Source: Xylographa opegraphella
Lineage: Eukaryota
Direction: 5' to 3'
Assembly: GCA_022813865.1 (NCBI GenBank)
Contig: JALDZX010000029.1
Span: 186,001-250,000 of the forward strand
Length of the DNA stretch: 64,000 nucleotides
A program made the translations under genes and the position numbers. Under the pieces are notes generated by a model. That model was not told where the DNA came from and did no database searches. It saw nothing but the letters and a program-made list of their open reading frames with translations. Positions 12,235 to 25,502 of this stretch are shown here, one piece after another (within the stretch, counting starts at the first letter, position 1; the number at the start of each line of letters is the position of its first letter).

Positions 12235-14260
12235 ATGGCCGGCTTAGCACGACATGTCAGTTCCTATAGTTCTGGTTATTCGATGGGGCTAGACCATGAC
12301 TGATTAGAATTGCCTAGGTCGATCCTGATGAGATTATCAGGACGCTCCACGATCACCCAGATGCAGCCAGGAAACAACATATCCACACTCATGGTTCTGT
12401 CACGCAGTCTACCCCTTACTCTTCCCGTTATGCGACTCAAACAGAGCTTTCTAAGTTCAGAATTCCTCAGGACGGAGCACCGGCGGACGCTGTCCATGCC
12501 ATGCTTAAGGATGAGCTAGATTTGGATGGAAAGCCGAACCTGAATCTGGCTAGGTATACGCTTCTACTTCTATTTATTTGACGATCAATGTACTGACAAA
12601 CCATCAATAGCTTTGTCGGCACCTATATGGAACGTGAAGCGGATGCTCTTATGATGGAGAACATATCCAAGAACATGAGTGATGCGGATGAGTATCCTGC
12701 AATGATGGATATGCACGCCCGTTGTGGTAGGTGTAATGGTCAACCAGAAGAGACAAGGCAGCTGATTCGAACTCAGTCTCAATCATCGCTCACTTATGGG
12801 GGGTTCAAAAAGGAGAGAAAGCAATTGGTACTGCTACTACTGGATCTTCCGAGGCTATCCACCTTGGAGGGTTGGCTATGAAACGTCGCTGGCAGGAAAA
12901 GCGTCGGGTCGCTGGCAAAGATACCTCAAAACCCAATATCATTATGGGGGCCAATGCCCAAGTGGCACTGGAGAAATTCGCAAGATACTTCGAGGTTGAG
13001 TCGAGAATCCTGCCAGTCAGTAAGAAGAGCAACTACAGGCTTAATCCAGAACTTGTCAAGGAGAACATTGATGAGAACACTATAGGTAACTGGACCTCGC
13101 AGTTGTTAGACTTTCGCTGATAGCCTCAGGGATTTTTGTTATATTAGGAAGTACCTACACTGGTCATTATGAGCCCGTACAAGAGATCTCAGAGATACTG
13201 GACGAGTACGAAAAGAGGACCGGTGTGGACATTCCGATTCATGTTGATGCTGCATCGGGCGGTTTCATCGCTCCTTTCACGTAAGCCAATACAACCATTA
13301 TGATTATCAGTCCCCAGCTGACACTTTTAGTCATGCCAAGGTTGGTGGGCCCAAGTGGAACTTTGAGCTACCACGAGTAAAGTCTATCAACACCTCTGGA
13401 CATAAATTTGGTCTTGTCTACGCTGGCGTGGGCTGGGTATGAGAGACATGCAACTTATCAAATTGAATCAGTACCAAATCTGACGTTTCTTAGATCATTT
13501 GGCGTGACGAAGCTATGCTGCCCAAGCATCTGGTATTTGAGCTGCATTATCTGGGCGGCACCGAAGAGTCCTATACATTAAACTTTTCCCGTCCTGGTGC
13601 CCAAATTATCTGCCAGTACTTCAACCTGATCCATCTTGGTTTCAACGGTTTCAGAAATATTATGGAAAATTGCATGAGCAATGCTCGGCTTCTTAGCAAG
13701 GCCTTGGAAGCATCTGGGTGGTATGTGTGCGTCAGTGACATTCATCGCAAGAAGGGTGAGCACGAATTCAAGGGTGTGGAACATCCTGTTTTCTCGAAAG
13801 ACAACGAGACGAGCGCGGACTATAATGCGGGATTGCCTGTTGTGGCGTTTTGTTTCTCGGATACTTTCCAAAAGGACTATCCTGCTCTCAAGCAGCAGAG
13901 TGTGAGTACATTGCTGCGCGCAAAGCAATACATCATCCCCAGTAAGTTCAACGGTGGAGCACCTGAAACACCTTGAGTCTAACAAGTAAAGATTACCCAT
14001 TACCACCAAATGAAGACGCAACTGAAATTCTTCGTGTGGTTGTCCGTGAGTCCATGTCACTCGATCTTCTCGACCGCCTGGTGTCAGACATATTCGCAGT
14101 TACTCAGACCATGATGGAATGTGATCCGGCCGATTTGCAAGCCTTCGCGCCTGGCAGCGCAAGTGTAGAGAAGCACCACAGCAGCCCGGGTCACAATGTC
14201 GAAAACAAGCATAAGGCGAAAAGACCTATGAAACATGGAATCCATAGGAGTGTCTGTTAG
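12235..14260 (+). CDS. GAD1: Glutamate decarboxylase
   Basis: Multi-exon gene starting [12 protein letters not shown]. Motifs [48 protein letters not shown] site [10 protein letters not shown] and TLNFSRPG. Confidence 0.95.
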
Positions 14261-14599
14261 TCATCGGCAAAGGGCCCACGTCTGTCGTCCACAGATGGCT
14301 TGGTCAGTTAGACACTAGTATGCATGATAATCAAAAGTCCTGCTTTGACGAAAACAATCGTTCAGTCCTCGGGTTGAATAAAACGAATGATTGTGGTAGA
14401 TACCTATGCTGAAAAACGCCGTGGATATAGCATACAACCTGCCTTATCTTAACTGAATTGGAACGCTAAATCTTTATTCAGTCCCCAGTCACTTCGCTTC
14501 CTCATGCTTGATCACCTAAGCACTCAGAAACTTCCGCTAGGTCTGCATTCGGTCCAGATTAATATCATCCAAGCGTCTCTTCCTTACATGACATAAAGC

Positions 14600-15430
14600 A
14601 ATTAGCGTTTGCCTTCGCTCTCCAGCTCACCTTGCCTCAAGATTGACCATGCCCACATCCCCAAGCCCGTACTGCAACCTTCGCCCATTCGACATCCTGA
14701 CCGAGCACGTCCATAGCGAAGTTACTCACTTCGCTCGTCAGCTTATCCTCGCTGCCATACCTTCGATTTGACCCATCCCTACGTCACCACCATCTACACG
14801 TTGACCGTGTCGCTCATGAGCATATACTGCGCGGTCGTCCTGGGCAAGTCAGATGTGTCAGGGATTGCGCCACACTTCTGCCGTGGATGAGATCAAGTAT
14901 AACTGCCAGAGCGCGCATTCACAAGTCCAGGCCCGCGAAGCGTATGTCCGTCTGCGCAATTATCTCATTGATCACCCGAACGGCAAGGCCATTAAATCCC
15001 CGCGATGAAGATGATGGGCAGGGTACGTAACAGCTGTACGATCGAGCTCAATGTGTTAAGCCCGTATTGGAAACATGAGGGCACGAGGGGCGCGGCTGCA
15101 GGTGATGGAGGTTCGAGGGGGAAGATCTACAAGAATGGGTTTGTGGAGGTGAGGATGACCGCTTTAAGTGACGTGTAGGTTTTTATCGAGGGCAGTGAGA
15201 AAGGCGGAGAAATGGTCGGTTACGATGTTGAGTAAAGGTTCTTGGGCAGATTGTGAATCATGGTGAAGAGGACCGTGGAACTCGTGGAGAGGGAGAGGAG
15301 GCGGCTAGTGTGGGTAAGTTACAGGTTGATTGGACGAAGGCGGAGGTAATGCAGGGCAGCTTGTGAGAAGGGCGAGATAGGGGAGGTGTGACTGGAAGAT
15401 CTGATTGGGGGTGGTTGATACTTGGGAGAT
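14600..15430 (-). pseudogene. Decayed enoyl-CoA hydratase/isomerase (crotonase family) gene
   Basis: Collinear fragments VLFTMIHNLPKNLY, LKAVILTSTNP, LRTLPIIFIAG, NEIIAQTDIRFAG, YMLMSDTVNV..GWV and EDKLTSEV are broken by several stops and frameshifts. Confidence 0.7.
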
Positions 15431-15915
15431 GGTGCGCCTGATTGCTTGCGAATGAGGGCAAAGTAGACCGTCTGCACAGAGGCCTTCAATCACAATCCAA
15501 AGGGATGCAATGTTGGCACATGAGAACATTGATTTCAACTTATTTCGATGATGAAAGCTGAGCTGAGCTGTTTGTCATTTCGGGCGTTGTGAGCGAAGTG
15601 AAACGAGCATGGCTACGCTTGTCAAGGTCAGCATCGCACATGTAATTTGGGAAAGTGGCTTCACAGCGAAGCAGCAGGTTCATTTGACACAATTATGTAA
15701 TCGCACTGTGGTTAAGTAAATATTTAGGTACGGAGTAGTAGAGCTGTTAGTAATCGCACCAAGAGTATTCAGCAGCCGCAAGCGCGAGGGCGCTACGCGG
15801 ATGCAACCCCGAACCCTTTAATATTAGGTTATTAATGGAAGGGCCAGTCCATCTCGAAGATCACCAAAGCTTGAGCTCCAGTTGAAGGCTTTGCGGCCTA
15901 GTTTTCTCAGTAATA

Positions 15916-16519
15916 ATGTTCCGTTTTGTAAGCATTGCAGCCTTGAAGCCTTCATATATAATTCGCTAATCTCCGCAAGCAGCACAAGGCCCTTGATGTG
16001 ATAACACTCTTTCACAAGCCCTCGTTACCCAGTTCCACCCGTGTGCTCAACGTCCTAAAGCAGGTGTCTGCTCAGGCGTCGGAAGGCGCTACTGAAGACC
16101 AAGCATCGGATCATTCCCATCAAAATAGAGTTCAACGCTCGGAATTCGAGCTCAATGTGACCGAAGAGCCGCCGACGAGCGATCAGCTAAGGTCTATATT
16201 GGAGTATGTCGGCGCTAGGAGGGCAAAAGATATCATTGATGGAGCGAGGGATGAAGGCGACGCGATGAGGCTGTTGAAGGAAGATAGTAACAGGTTTAAG
16301 CGACCCGTTGTAAGTAGCTGGACTTTCAGCCACCAAGCCGACGTCTTCTGTGTGCACTGCTGACAGGCTTGGTAGATCGTGGATTGGAACAACGGTCGAG
16401 CTGGTGAGTATTCCAGTGATGGACGAAAAGCAGAGAGCTTACGCGCAATAGTAATTGGAGACAGCGAGTCAGAAATATTGAAAATGGTCGGCGAGTTACC
16501 CAAGGAAGAGACTGTATGA
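15916..16519 (+). CDS. FMP46: FMP46-like (DUF1687) thioredoxin-fold mitochondrial protein
   Basis: Exons 15916-15927, 15983-16309, 16376-16403 and 16452-16519. Motifs MFRF-HKALDVITLFHKPS, PPTSDQLRSILEY and RPVIVDWNNGRAV. Confidence 0.85.
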
Positions 16520-17641
16520 TGTATCACAAGTCTGCTTTAATGAAGATTTGGTGCTCAGCGACTCTTTCAAGAATTGTGGTTTTCCATAGCAAAAGTGCTT
16601 CAGGTCCCGACCACGATTATGATCTGCAGTATTCTGGGAATGTCTCCGACTGCAATAATGTGTGTCCATGCTCAATCTAGGTCGTCTTTATGCTCTTAAA
16701 TGAACAGTCAATTGCAAATGAAATCATGTGTACTTGGACAGAAGCACACAGCATTGTGACATCTGCGGTTTAGGACTGTTAACACAGAACTGTTCCATTT
16801 TTTGACCTGTTGTGGTTACAAATGAGTGAAAGGTTTCTCAGAACTAGGCATTTCAAGAACTACATGCTCCTGGCTGGACAAGGGAAACGTTGTCACTTGC
16901 CGCAGTGATAGTCCGCATAGCGCCCTACTAGCTTCATTGTTTTGACTACCTGCCAGTATTCACTGTAGTACTTTCGTTTCAGTTGGCTCATAAGACGGAT
17001 CTCGCTAAATAACACTGACAAAGCTTTTCTTGATCTGTACGCCACACAGACAAGGACCTACCCTTCCTGAGCAATAGTGTTGTTGAGGAGACTACTTGGT
17101 TCTGCGTTCTGGTGTTGAATTTGCAGAAGCGTTCGTCGACATCTCACTACGCTCTACCGCACAGTTCGCACCAACACCAACGTCTGGATAGCATCGCAAT
17201 GTTACAACATATTATGACAAAGGTTGTGCTGAGTTGAGCAATCGTTGAGCCTTGTCTCTTCCTAGTGTTGTCAGCGTTCGACCGTCTGATCCTGTCGTCC
17301 CTTCCCAATCGAGTATCTGAGGCCGTCCGTAAGCGAGACTTGAGAGGTGGCTCTACTTGGATCGAGCATGTCAAACACTGACATCTTCAACACCATACAT
17401 TGCTATTATAGGCTGTCAGCGAGTATCTTCGCTGTATTGGCTCTGGTCAAGGTACGTGGAGCTTCTACCTGTAACCACAAACATCTCGCTTCTTCCCCTT
17501 GTGAATCAGTATTCAGATATATGTCTCACTACTTTGAATTCTACTTCTCCATTGTTAAGTAGAACGATTTTGACACTTCATTCAGTTGCAATCAGGCTGT
17601 GCAGAAGTAGGTGTCTTGAATTTTGTCATTCATTTTTCAAC

Positions 17642-20600
17642 ATGGCCGCAACAAATAGGAGACTACCAGATCAAAACCTGGATTTGCTAGTGGAACAGCT
17701 TCGTCAAGGAAAAGCTATTTTTTCTACAAATCTGGGAAAATACCCTCCACGTCGAGCACAACCACTCTCGACGCCTGTTATACTACGAAGCGACTGTGAA
17801 GCAGATTTGGCGTCTATAATTGCAGATCTGCGTATCAAATTCCCACTGGAGTGTCAGAAGATAACAATACCTGTCAACAATATTTACGAATACTTTGACC
17901 ACTACGATGTCAACCTTCAAGGCTCGGCTTTCATAGCTGAACTCCTAAGAAGAATCGCCGAGCAAAATGAGGGAACCACGAAGAGCGCTCAGCAGTTTGC
18001 TACGCAGTGGATGAAAGACCATAGTGAAGGCTTTCCTGATATTGATTTAGAGGATGAAGATCTCTTCAGTGCTGAAGAGAAAGAGAAATACAGCTTTGAT
18101 TTCTTAAAGGATGTTCTGGAACTCCTCAAAGGTTTACAAGCCCGCCCAGTAGCATCTTTTGAACGAACAATAGGTGCGTACCGACATCTCGATGCTGTTG
18201 AGCGTTTCTTAGTTAATTAGGCGCCGTAGATCGTGGCCGTCCCTTGAAATTATCAGTCCGACAGGAGAGTGATTCGTCAATACGTCAAGATAGCCCAGCT
18301 TCTGGCTCATTTGAGACCAATCCTTCCAACTATAGGAGAGCTGCATCTGCTTCACGAGAGCGATCTACCTTTCTCACCCCACCTATGGCGTTTGGGGTCC
18401 CTCTAATGACTGATAGAACATACGCAAGACGTCGAAATTCTGCACGGCATACGTCAGCAGAACAACAATCATTTTATATACCGCCTGTCCAGTACCACAG
18501 CGATACCGATGCAGAAGCTGGTGTCGGATTGAGAGACCGCCTGCCTTTGCCAAGCGAGCCACAGCTACGAAACCTACACATGCAACATAGTGTCCGTTCT
18601 GTATCTGGCAATATGGCAGGAGTTGCGGATACGAGAAAATTCTTTGCAAATCGATCAAACTATGCTGCCGGTGTATTGGAGCCGTTCCCTCCGTACTTCC
18701 AATCTAATAACTCAGGCAACATCAATGATGGCTTCAGTAGAACGCCAAATCGCAGTTCCAGAGGTCAACCTTTCAGCCAACAGGGACCCCCTAGACGATC
18801 TCAATATAGCAATGCATCTCCTGGCTGGTCTTATCTTGCCGCGAACCATTATACAGCTTCTCCAACCGTACGTATGTTGTCAAACAGTAACACGAGTTCC
18901 GGAGGCCAGCATCACCGCAATTTATCGGCAACTCAGCGATCCCATTCTGTCTACAGCTCCGATCCTGCATTTCCTATTTCCAGTAATTCTTCAAGTGTGC
19001 GACCCAGCCCAGTCCTCGGTGGTCAAGCTCTTCCATACATACCAATCACTATTCCTCAAGCAGACTCAGAATATATAGCAGATGTCCAACCGTATATCTA
19101 TCATGGCTATATTGAGAATATGCCCCCGTCTTCCGGCCATGTATTTGGGGAGTCTGCACCTTGGCCATCCCCAATACCAGGTGTCAGAAACAATTATCAG
19201 AGTCAAGAATATCAAGCCAGTCAGAACGTGGCAAATCAGTTTTCACAACATCAGCAATATTCTGCTCGACACGGTCACCGCCCGAGTGATAGCGAGCTTA
19301 AAGGACGAGCGGAAAATCAAGCATCTTCTCATAACAATCCTCGTAAAAGCATCTCCGACGATGCACGTACAATGCCGCTAGGCGATCTCAACAGTAGGCG
19401 CAGCTCGCTAAGTGAACATCATACAAGCCGACGTGGATCCTCCAGTGAGCTGCACGGCTTTATCCGGGATCAAAGCAATGTTCAACAACACTCTCGACGT
19501 ATGTCTGGTGCACGAAATGGATCACGCCATTCTAGTTTCTCACAAACCCAGCAACCATTTCGTGACCAGTACAAGCGTTCTGTCCAAGGGGCCCCAGGGG
19601 GGTATTCCCCAATGGGCTATTTTTCTGCGAGTAGAGGAAGTGGTGATTACTCTCATCTTATCCATCAGACCATAGAAGAGCACCGGTCAGATGGTGATCG
19701 AAATTCGCTCGTTAATTACAGCGAGGTGCCAAGCAATGAAAACGGTTTGGGACAAGTCAGCCGTTTCAGAGGAAAAATTACTGAAATGCCAAATGCTTCA
19801 CAAGATCAGGAACAAGGGTCGAGGGCTGTTGAGCAAGTTCGGCATAGAGAGGCGAATACCACCCACGAGCGTTCCAATCATCTATCAACTATGCAGTCGC
19901 ATCAAATCTCGCAGCCGAGGAACAATACCAGTGATACTCAGCCGCTCACTTCAAATCTCTCAACATCAACTCCGCAAGACAGTCAAATGCGTTATAGCCG
20001 GTACTATAGAATCGATCGACCTCTCGATCCACTGAAATTGTACATATCGGCACCGACAGAATCTGTCGATGAGATCCATGAAGTTTTCCGACCTTACGGT
20101 AACATCATAGATATCGGCGGTCCTTTCACGAGACCAGGGAAGAAACCGTTTCCTAACGGAGGGCCACCGTCTTTTTACTTTCTCACGTAAGCCATTTAAC
20201 GTCCTTTCTGTAAGATAATCATCTGAAGTCTGTTTAGTTACTCGCAGCCAGCCGAAGCAAATACTGCCTTGGAGCGCCTCAATCGGACAGCCCTTCCTTC
20301 TGGTGCTGGATGTCTGAGAGTGTCGTTTGCATTCCAAAGACCTTGGGATATTCGTGAGGTACCAAAAGTAACATCTTCTGCTGAATCAGCCACGAGAATT
20401 GCCTACCCAAGAAACATGCAGTTTCTTGATGCAACAAAATCTCAGGCTATGCCAAGGTCTCAACTGAGAGACGAGAATCCCCAGGATGCCAACCAGGGTC
20501 CACCCAATCATCTATCTGCTCATCACCATGTGCAAGTGGATCCGGCAAGTTCTATAATCAAGCAGAACGTCAAGAAGTCTTCTTACGTGCCGGGCCCGAG

Positions 20601-23600
20601 CACTCCCACGAAGAAAAGGATTAACAAGAAGTCGAAGAATTCAACTCCCACCAGGAAGGAGGGTGTTAGTGGTGCTGATGCGCAGCCAAATCTCGCAAAA
20701 CCAGTATCGCAGATACCGCAAACCGCTGGGACTAGGTCAGACGTGCAAGAGTCCAATAAGGATGTCGTGAAAATTCAAGCACATGCTACCAGATTCGGTC
20801 AGATTATAGCCAATACTCAGTCAGTAGTCCAATCTTCAAGCAAGAAGAACCATGAGATCTCACAAGGGGCGACCCTAGCAATTACTCCCGAGGTTCTGCC
20901 TACTCAGGCTGAGGACATGAATAAATCTGTTGATTACAAGCAGACCTTCGCGAGACGCAATGACTCACACACTGATCATGAACAGCTTTATATCTTGGAT
21001 AGATCACCGAGCCGGAAGACTCGGAACACTTCCTCGTCGCGTACAACAAGCCAGCCTCGATCTCAACCTTCTCCAACCGAGACTTATGAGCAGGTCATTA
21101 CCGGCGGCCCGGCAGTACCAGATTTTTCGGAAGACCAGTGGCCAGCATTACAACGTCGTTTGCCTTCTCCCATGGATGGCCAGCATGCACCTGTGATCGT
21201 TACGAAACGACTTAATTATCGGGCTATCTCTTTGAAGCCAGCCTCGGAAGCCAAGACAGAAGGAATTGGAATTTCGAGGACTGCAATAACTAAGCAGGTA
21301 GTGCATGACTCGGAGGAAGGATTCAGTAAGGCTGTATCAAAACTGACAGCTTCTATGGTCACCAGAGCCAATGGCTCAAATTCAAGTGGTGACCTAAACG
21401 AAATCTTACAAAACACCAGCGCAAACCATACTTCTGAAGACGTGAACAGTCCAAAAGCGACTCATCCAGCGGATATTCACATTAGAGTTCCTATCACCTC
21501 AATATCAATTGACGCTGGCCGAGAAGTCGCTTCTGCTAGTGGCTATAACACTGCAAACCACCCTTCGCATTCACAGCCAGAACGGTCAAACAGCCCGGCA
21601 GAAGAATCAAGGCAGTTTGACAATAGTTCTCTGAGCAATTCAAATGACCGTCGGACCAGCACTCCGGAACCGGTTCCGGATATGGTGAGGAACAAGAGCG
21701 AGACATCCTCCACCTTAATGTCTGAAATCCATGAGACAAAGAACAATCTTTCCTTGGGACAAGTACCCGAGCATGTTGGCGGAGCACTTTCGTCTGATGT
21801 TGGTATCGCATTGGAGACAGCGCCATCTTTTGAGGAAATCGCGCATGAAACTGCAACCACTCCACTACCGGCAGTGGATGTTCAGCCACCACCAAATGAG
21901 TTTCACTATGGGGATCACGAGAAGACTGAGAATACTTCCGATATCACAGCAAGCGTGACGTCTCCGGTTACGAACCATGATTCCGATACCAAGCTCTCGT
22001 CACGCGCCAAGGGCAAACAAAAGGTCCTCACCATTGAAGTTCCGCCTCGTGGTCTTCAATCGACAGCTACACATTCGGCACCGCCACATCCTTCGAAGTC
22101 GCCAAAGAGTTCGAAATCTAAACAAAACCTGGAAGTTTTAGAACCTTCGACGAACAGCTCAGTTCTGGTACCTTCCCCAGCCATCTCAACGCATATGAAG
22201 AAGAAAACCAAGAAGATCACACCACCAAGGAAGGCTTCTAAAGCCAACGTAGGTACGAAAAAGGACACGAAAACGTGTAAGCCGCTCAGCACTAGGACCG
22301 AGCTTGATGCATTTGATGGCACTCCCAAAGATGTACCATCACCAGATCCAATATTAGGTCAGGAGAGCTTAGCAGATACACATGGATCCAATAAATCGAA
22401 TTATGAGGTGGCTGAGGCTACTCGAGCTACTACGGTCGATCTCACTGTAGAGGGAGTATCAGATAAAACGCAACAGGGTGAACTTTCTATTGAGGATCCC
22501 ACACGGTCTGATGACCAAGCTTCTCGAGTCCGAAATTATCCGGCACCTGATCCCTCAAACGCCGTATATGTCACGGAATCTCGTGGGCCGTCTCTTGCGA
22601 AGAGGAAGTCTCTCGACTTGGCCCGGCCAGATACCGACTCCCAGCTTGTTCAAGAACGATCTTATCCGGCGCCTAATCCAGCAAGTGCTGTGTACGTGAC
22701 AGGCAGGTTTCCAGCAAGGATGATCGTACTGGATCATTCAGATCAAGTTGAGGATGAGAAAGTCGCCACGACACCACCTTTAAGTCCTGACATGCCTAGC
22801 AAGAAAGATCGTGCAAAGTCTAAGAAGATCAAGAAGCGAAAGTCGAAGTTGACCACCGAAAATCAGAACATCTCTGAGCCACAACCAATAATGCCTTTTC
22901 CAAAGCCAAAACCACAGTCTGCGGCATTTCCCACTCTTCCGTTGGACAACGTTTCACCTACGAACCCTCCATCACAAAGGAGCTCCGAGTTAGATACAGA
23001 AGCTTCTGATCCTTTCGGAGTGTGGGATCCTATTTTGAATGTCGAACACGCAGGTCAGGGTGAAGCTCTTAACACGGAGATTTGGACTGGCGCCGCGAAT
23101 GAAAAGCGTTCAGGTACCACGGCTGTGATGATAATGAAGAATAAAGCCAGGTCTTTTGATTTTGAAGCGTTTGATAAAGGGGCACACGAGTTTCAGAACA
23201 AGAGATCTCCATTAGATTCTGAGCTCCTTCAGCATATTGACAAGCTGAATGCTAACAGTCTTGGGCTTACCATGGATACTACTTCAACAGTTCAGAATAG
23301 CGCAAGCATGGATTCCGGGAAACAAGATATGACAGGCAATATGCTGTCAAGCAGATCTAGCATAAACGACAATGGCTCTGTGCCTGAACTGACTAGGGGC
23401 AGCAGCATTGTCTCCAGCTCTTCCAATATTATCTTCCCTGATGTTCCGGGCTACATACCGAAACCTTTGTCTACCCTTCTCGCACCAGTCAATCTCACGC
23501 ATAATCCTAGCTTCAACTCAAGTAGCCTCCAGACATCAAATCTTAAAGCTGGAGAGCCTCAGCACAAGCCCGAATTCGATAGCAATATTTTCGATAGACC

Positions 23601-24907
23601 CGCAGTCAGAACCGAATCTCCACCAAAGAGTCCTCACGCTCCTGAATTTGGAAGTGGATCGATCTCCGCAGAATTCAAGCCTGACGTTGAACAAGAAGAA
23701 GTTAGCTTGGAGGCTTTCACCCCAATACTGTCACCGCTAAAGCCAGTCTTTTCACCCAATCTCCTGGACATGTCCTCAAATATTCTTGAAACGCCTCTCA
23801 CGAAGACGATGCTATCTGAGGAGGTTGAAACCAATAGTACGGCCTCGGGTTTCGAACACAAATCCTCCACCAAAGCTGAAGCTTCGGTCAGCCATTTGGA
23901 GAAAATATCGGTAAGCGATGTAGTCATGGGTGTTCAATCCCAACCTGAAATTAATTCTCAGGCTTTGGATAATATGAAATCCATAACAGAGCAGAGTTTA
24001 TTTCATAAAATGAAAACGCCCGAGTTAGTGACGACATCCGGTTTATTAAGCGCTGAAGAGGAAGTGAAACCGTTGGGGATAGGGGACATACACAATAGTG
24101 TTCCTGACATAGAGGATTCATTGTCAACCCAAGCTGATACCAAATTTGAGCGTCTGGAAGACTCAAAATTTGTTGAGGTAGCAACTAATAGTAAGAAGAT
24201 TATATCTTCGGAAGAAGTGGAATTCCTCGAAAAAGTGAAACCAGAGCAACGAGCGGAATTGGGAGTCGAGGCACCATCGCAAATTGTCGGACTATCAACT
24301 ATAGTTGTTGACAGCAATGATACAACGCCCACCGAATGTGGATCTTTGGCAGAACCTTTAAAAACTCTAGGACAGCCGAGCACATCAGCTGACATTGAAG
24401 ATTCTTCCTCGGCGGTGCAGCAGTCTCCAACCAAAACTCTCGACGATGCGGAACCCTTTAGTGCTGTCTCTGAAGCATCGACTGTCAAAACAGCCTTTCC
24501 ACCACTCCCTTCGGCTTCGTTCTCAACCATTTCTAGCTCGCCGCCGAAGCTTTCAGAAGCAAATATCGCGGCGCACACCGTCGCTACCGACTCCGACGAG
24601 GCGAGAGAACAACGCCGGTCGCGTAAGGAGAGCATTTCCGAGTGGTCGACCACGAGCTCTTTCCGCCGCAAGACTTACAGCGAGGCGGCCAACATCCCGT
24701 CGCCCACTCGTCGGACGAGAGGTCAGTCTGTGGTGCGTGTCACTGGATGATGGAGAGTCGTGCTTTGTTGACCTTGTTCTCCAGATGTCGCCCACGGACA
24801 GTGAGGCCGAGGTTGATGTGAAGAGCAAGATCAAATCGCGGATGGGTGAGGCTAATCTGTGGTCTATTCCCCGGAAGGAGCAGCGTTGGACATCGGCTGA
24901 GGAGTGA
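17642..24907 (+). CDS. Very large (about 2,368 aa) low-complexity protein with one central RRM
   Basis: Exons 17642-18173, 18230-20186, 20238-24732 and 24785-24907 splice in frame. RRM-like segment LKLYISAP..EIHEVFRPYGNIIDI..FYFLTYSQPAEANTALERLN..LRVSFA spans intron 2. Confidence 0.75.
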
Positions 24908-25502
24908 GTATATGCGGGAGTGAGATGCGATATCTTGACTGCAGCGCTTCTGGAGGGCATAGGATACGTGGATTGTTCTGGTAGGTATGCTATATTACGG
25001 CTGCTGCGCTGAATTGACATGGTGGCAGCTACTACAGGGATGTGTCCATGACGCCGTGTCGGAGGATGGCAGTGATCTACGGTAGAGATATTGGGCAATG
25101 TCCAGAATGATATGCTGTGGTCGCTTAGCGTTGGCCGAATCGATCTCTAGGAGATCGCTGCAGTACTACATTTCAGGAAAAGCAGAAAATTGGTAGTCTT
25201 CAGCTGCAGCAGGCACAGTTGTCACTTCGTTGACTCATCTTCGTCCCACTGTCTATGCTCGTAGTAGTAGTACAGTTCCGCCTAGAAAGCAGTTTCGCGT
25301 GCAAACCCCATCCCTTATCAGCCTTGCCTGTGTGTCATCTTCGTGTTATTCTCGTTGAGGCTCTGCGCGGCAGGAGCACAATCCCATCCCACCTGTAAAG
25401 AAATGTCTTGGTACGGCATGCATGACCGAAAGATAATACCTGATCGTAAGAAGCTAAGACAAGTACGAAAGGAAGAGCAACCAACGACTGCAAACGGGAA
25501 GA

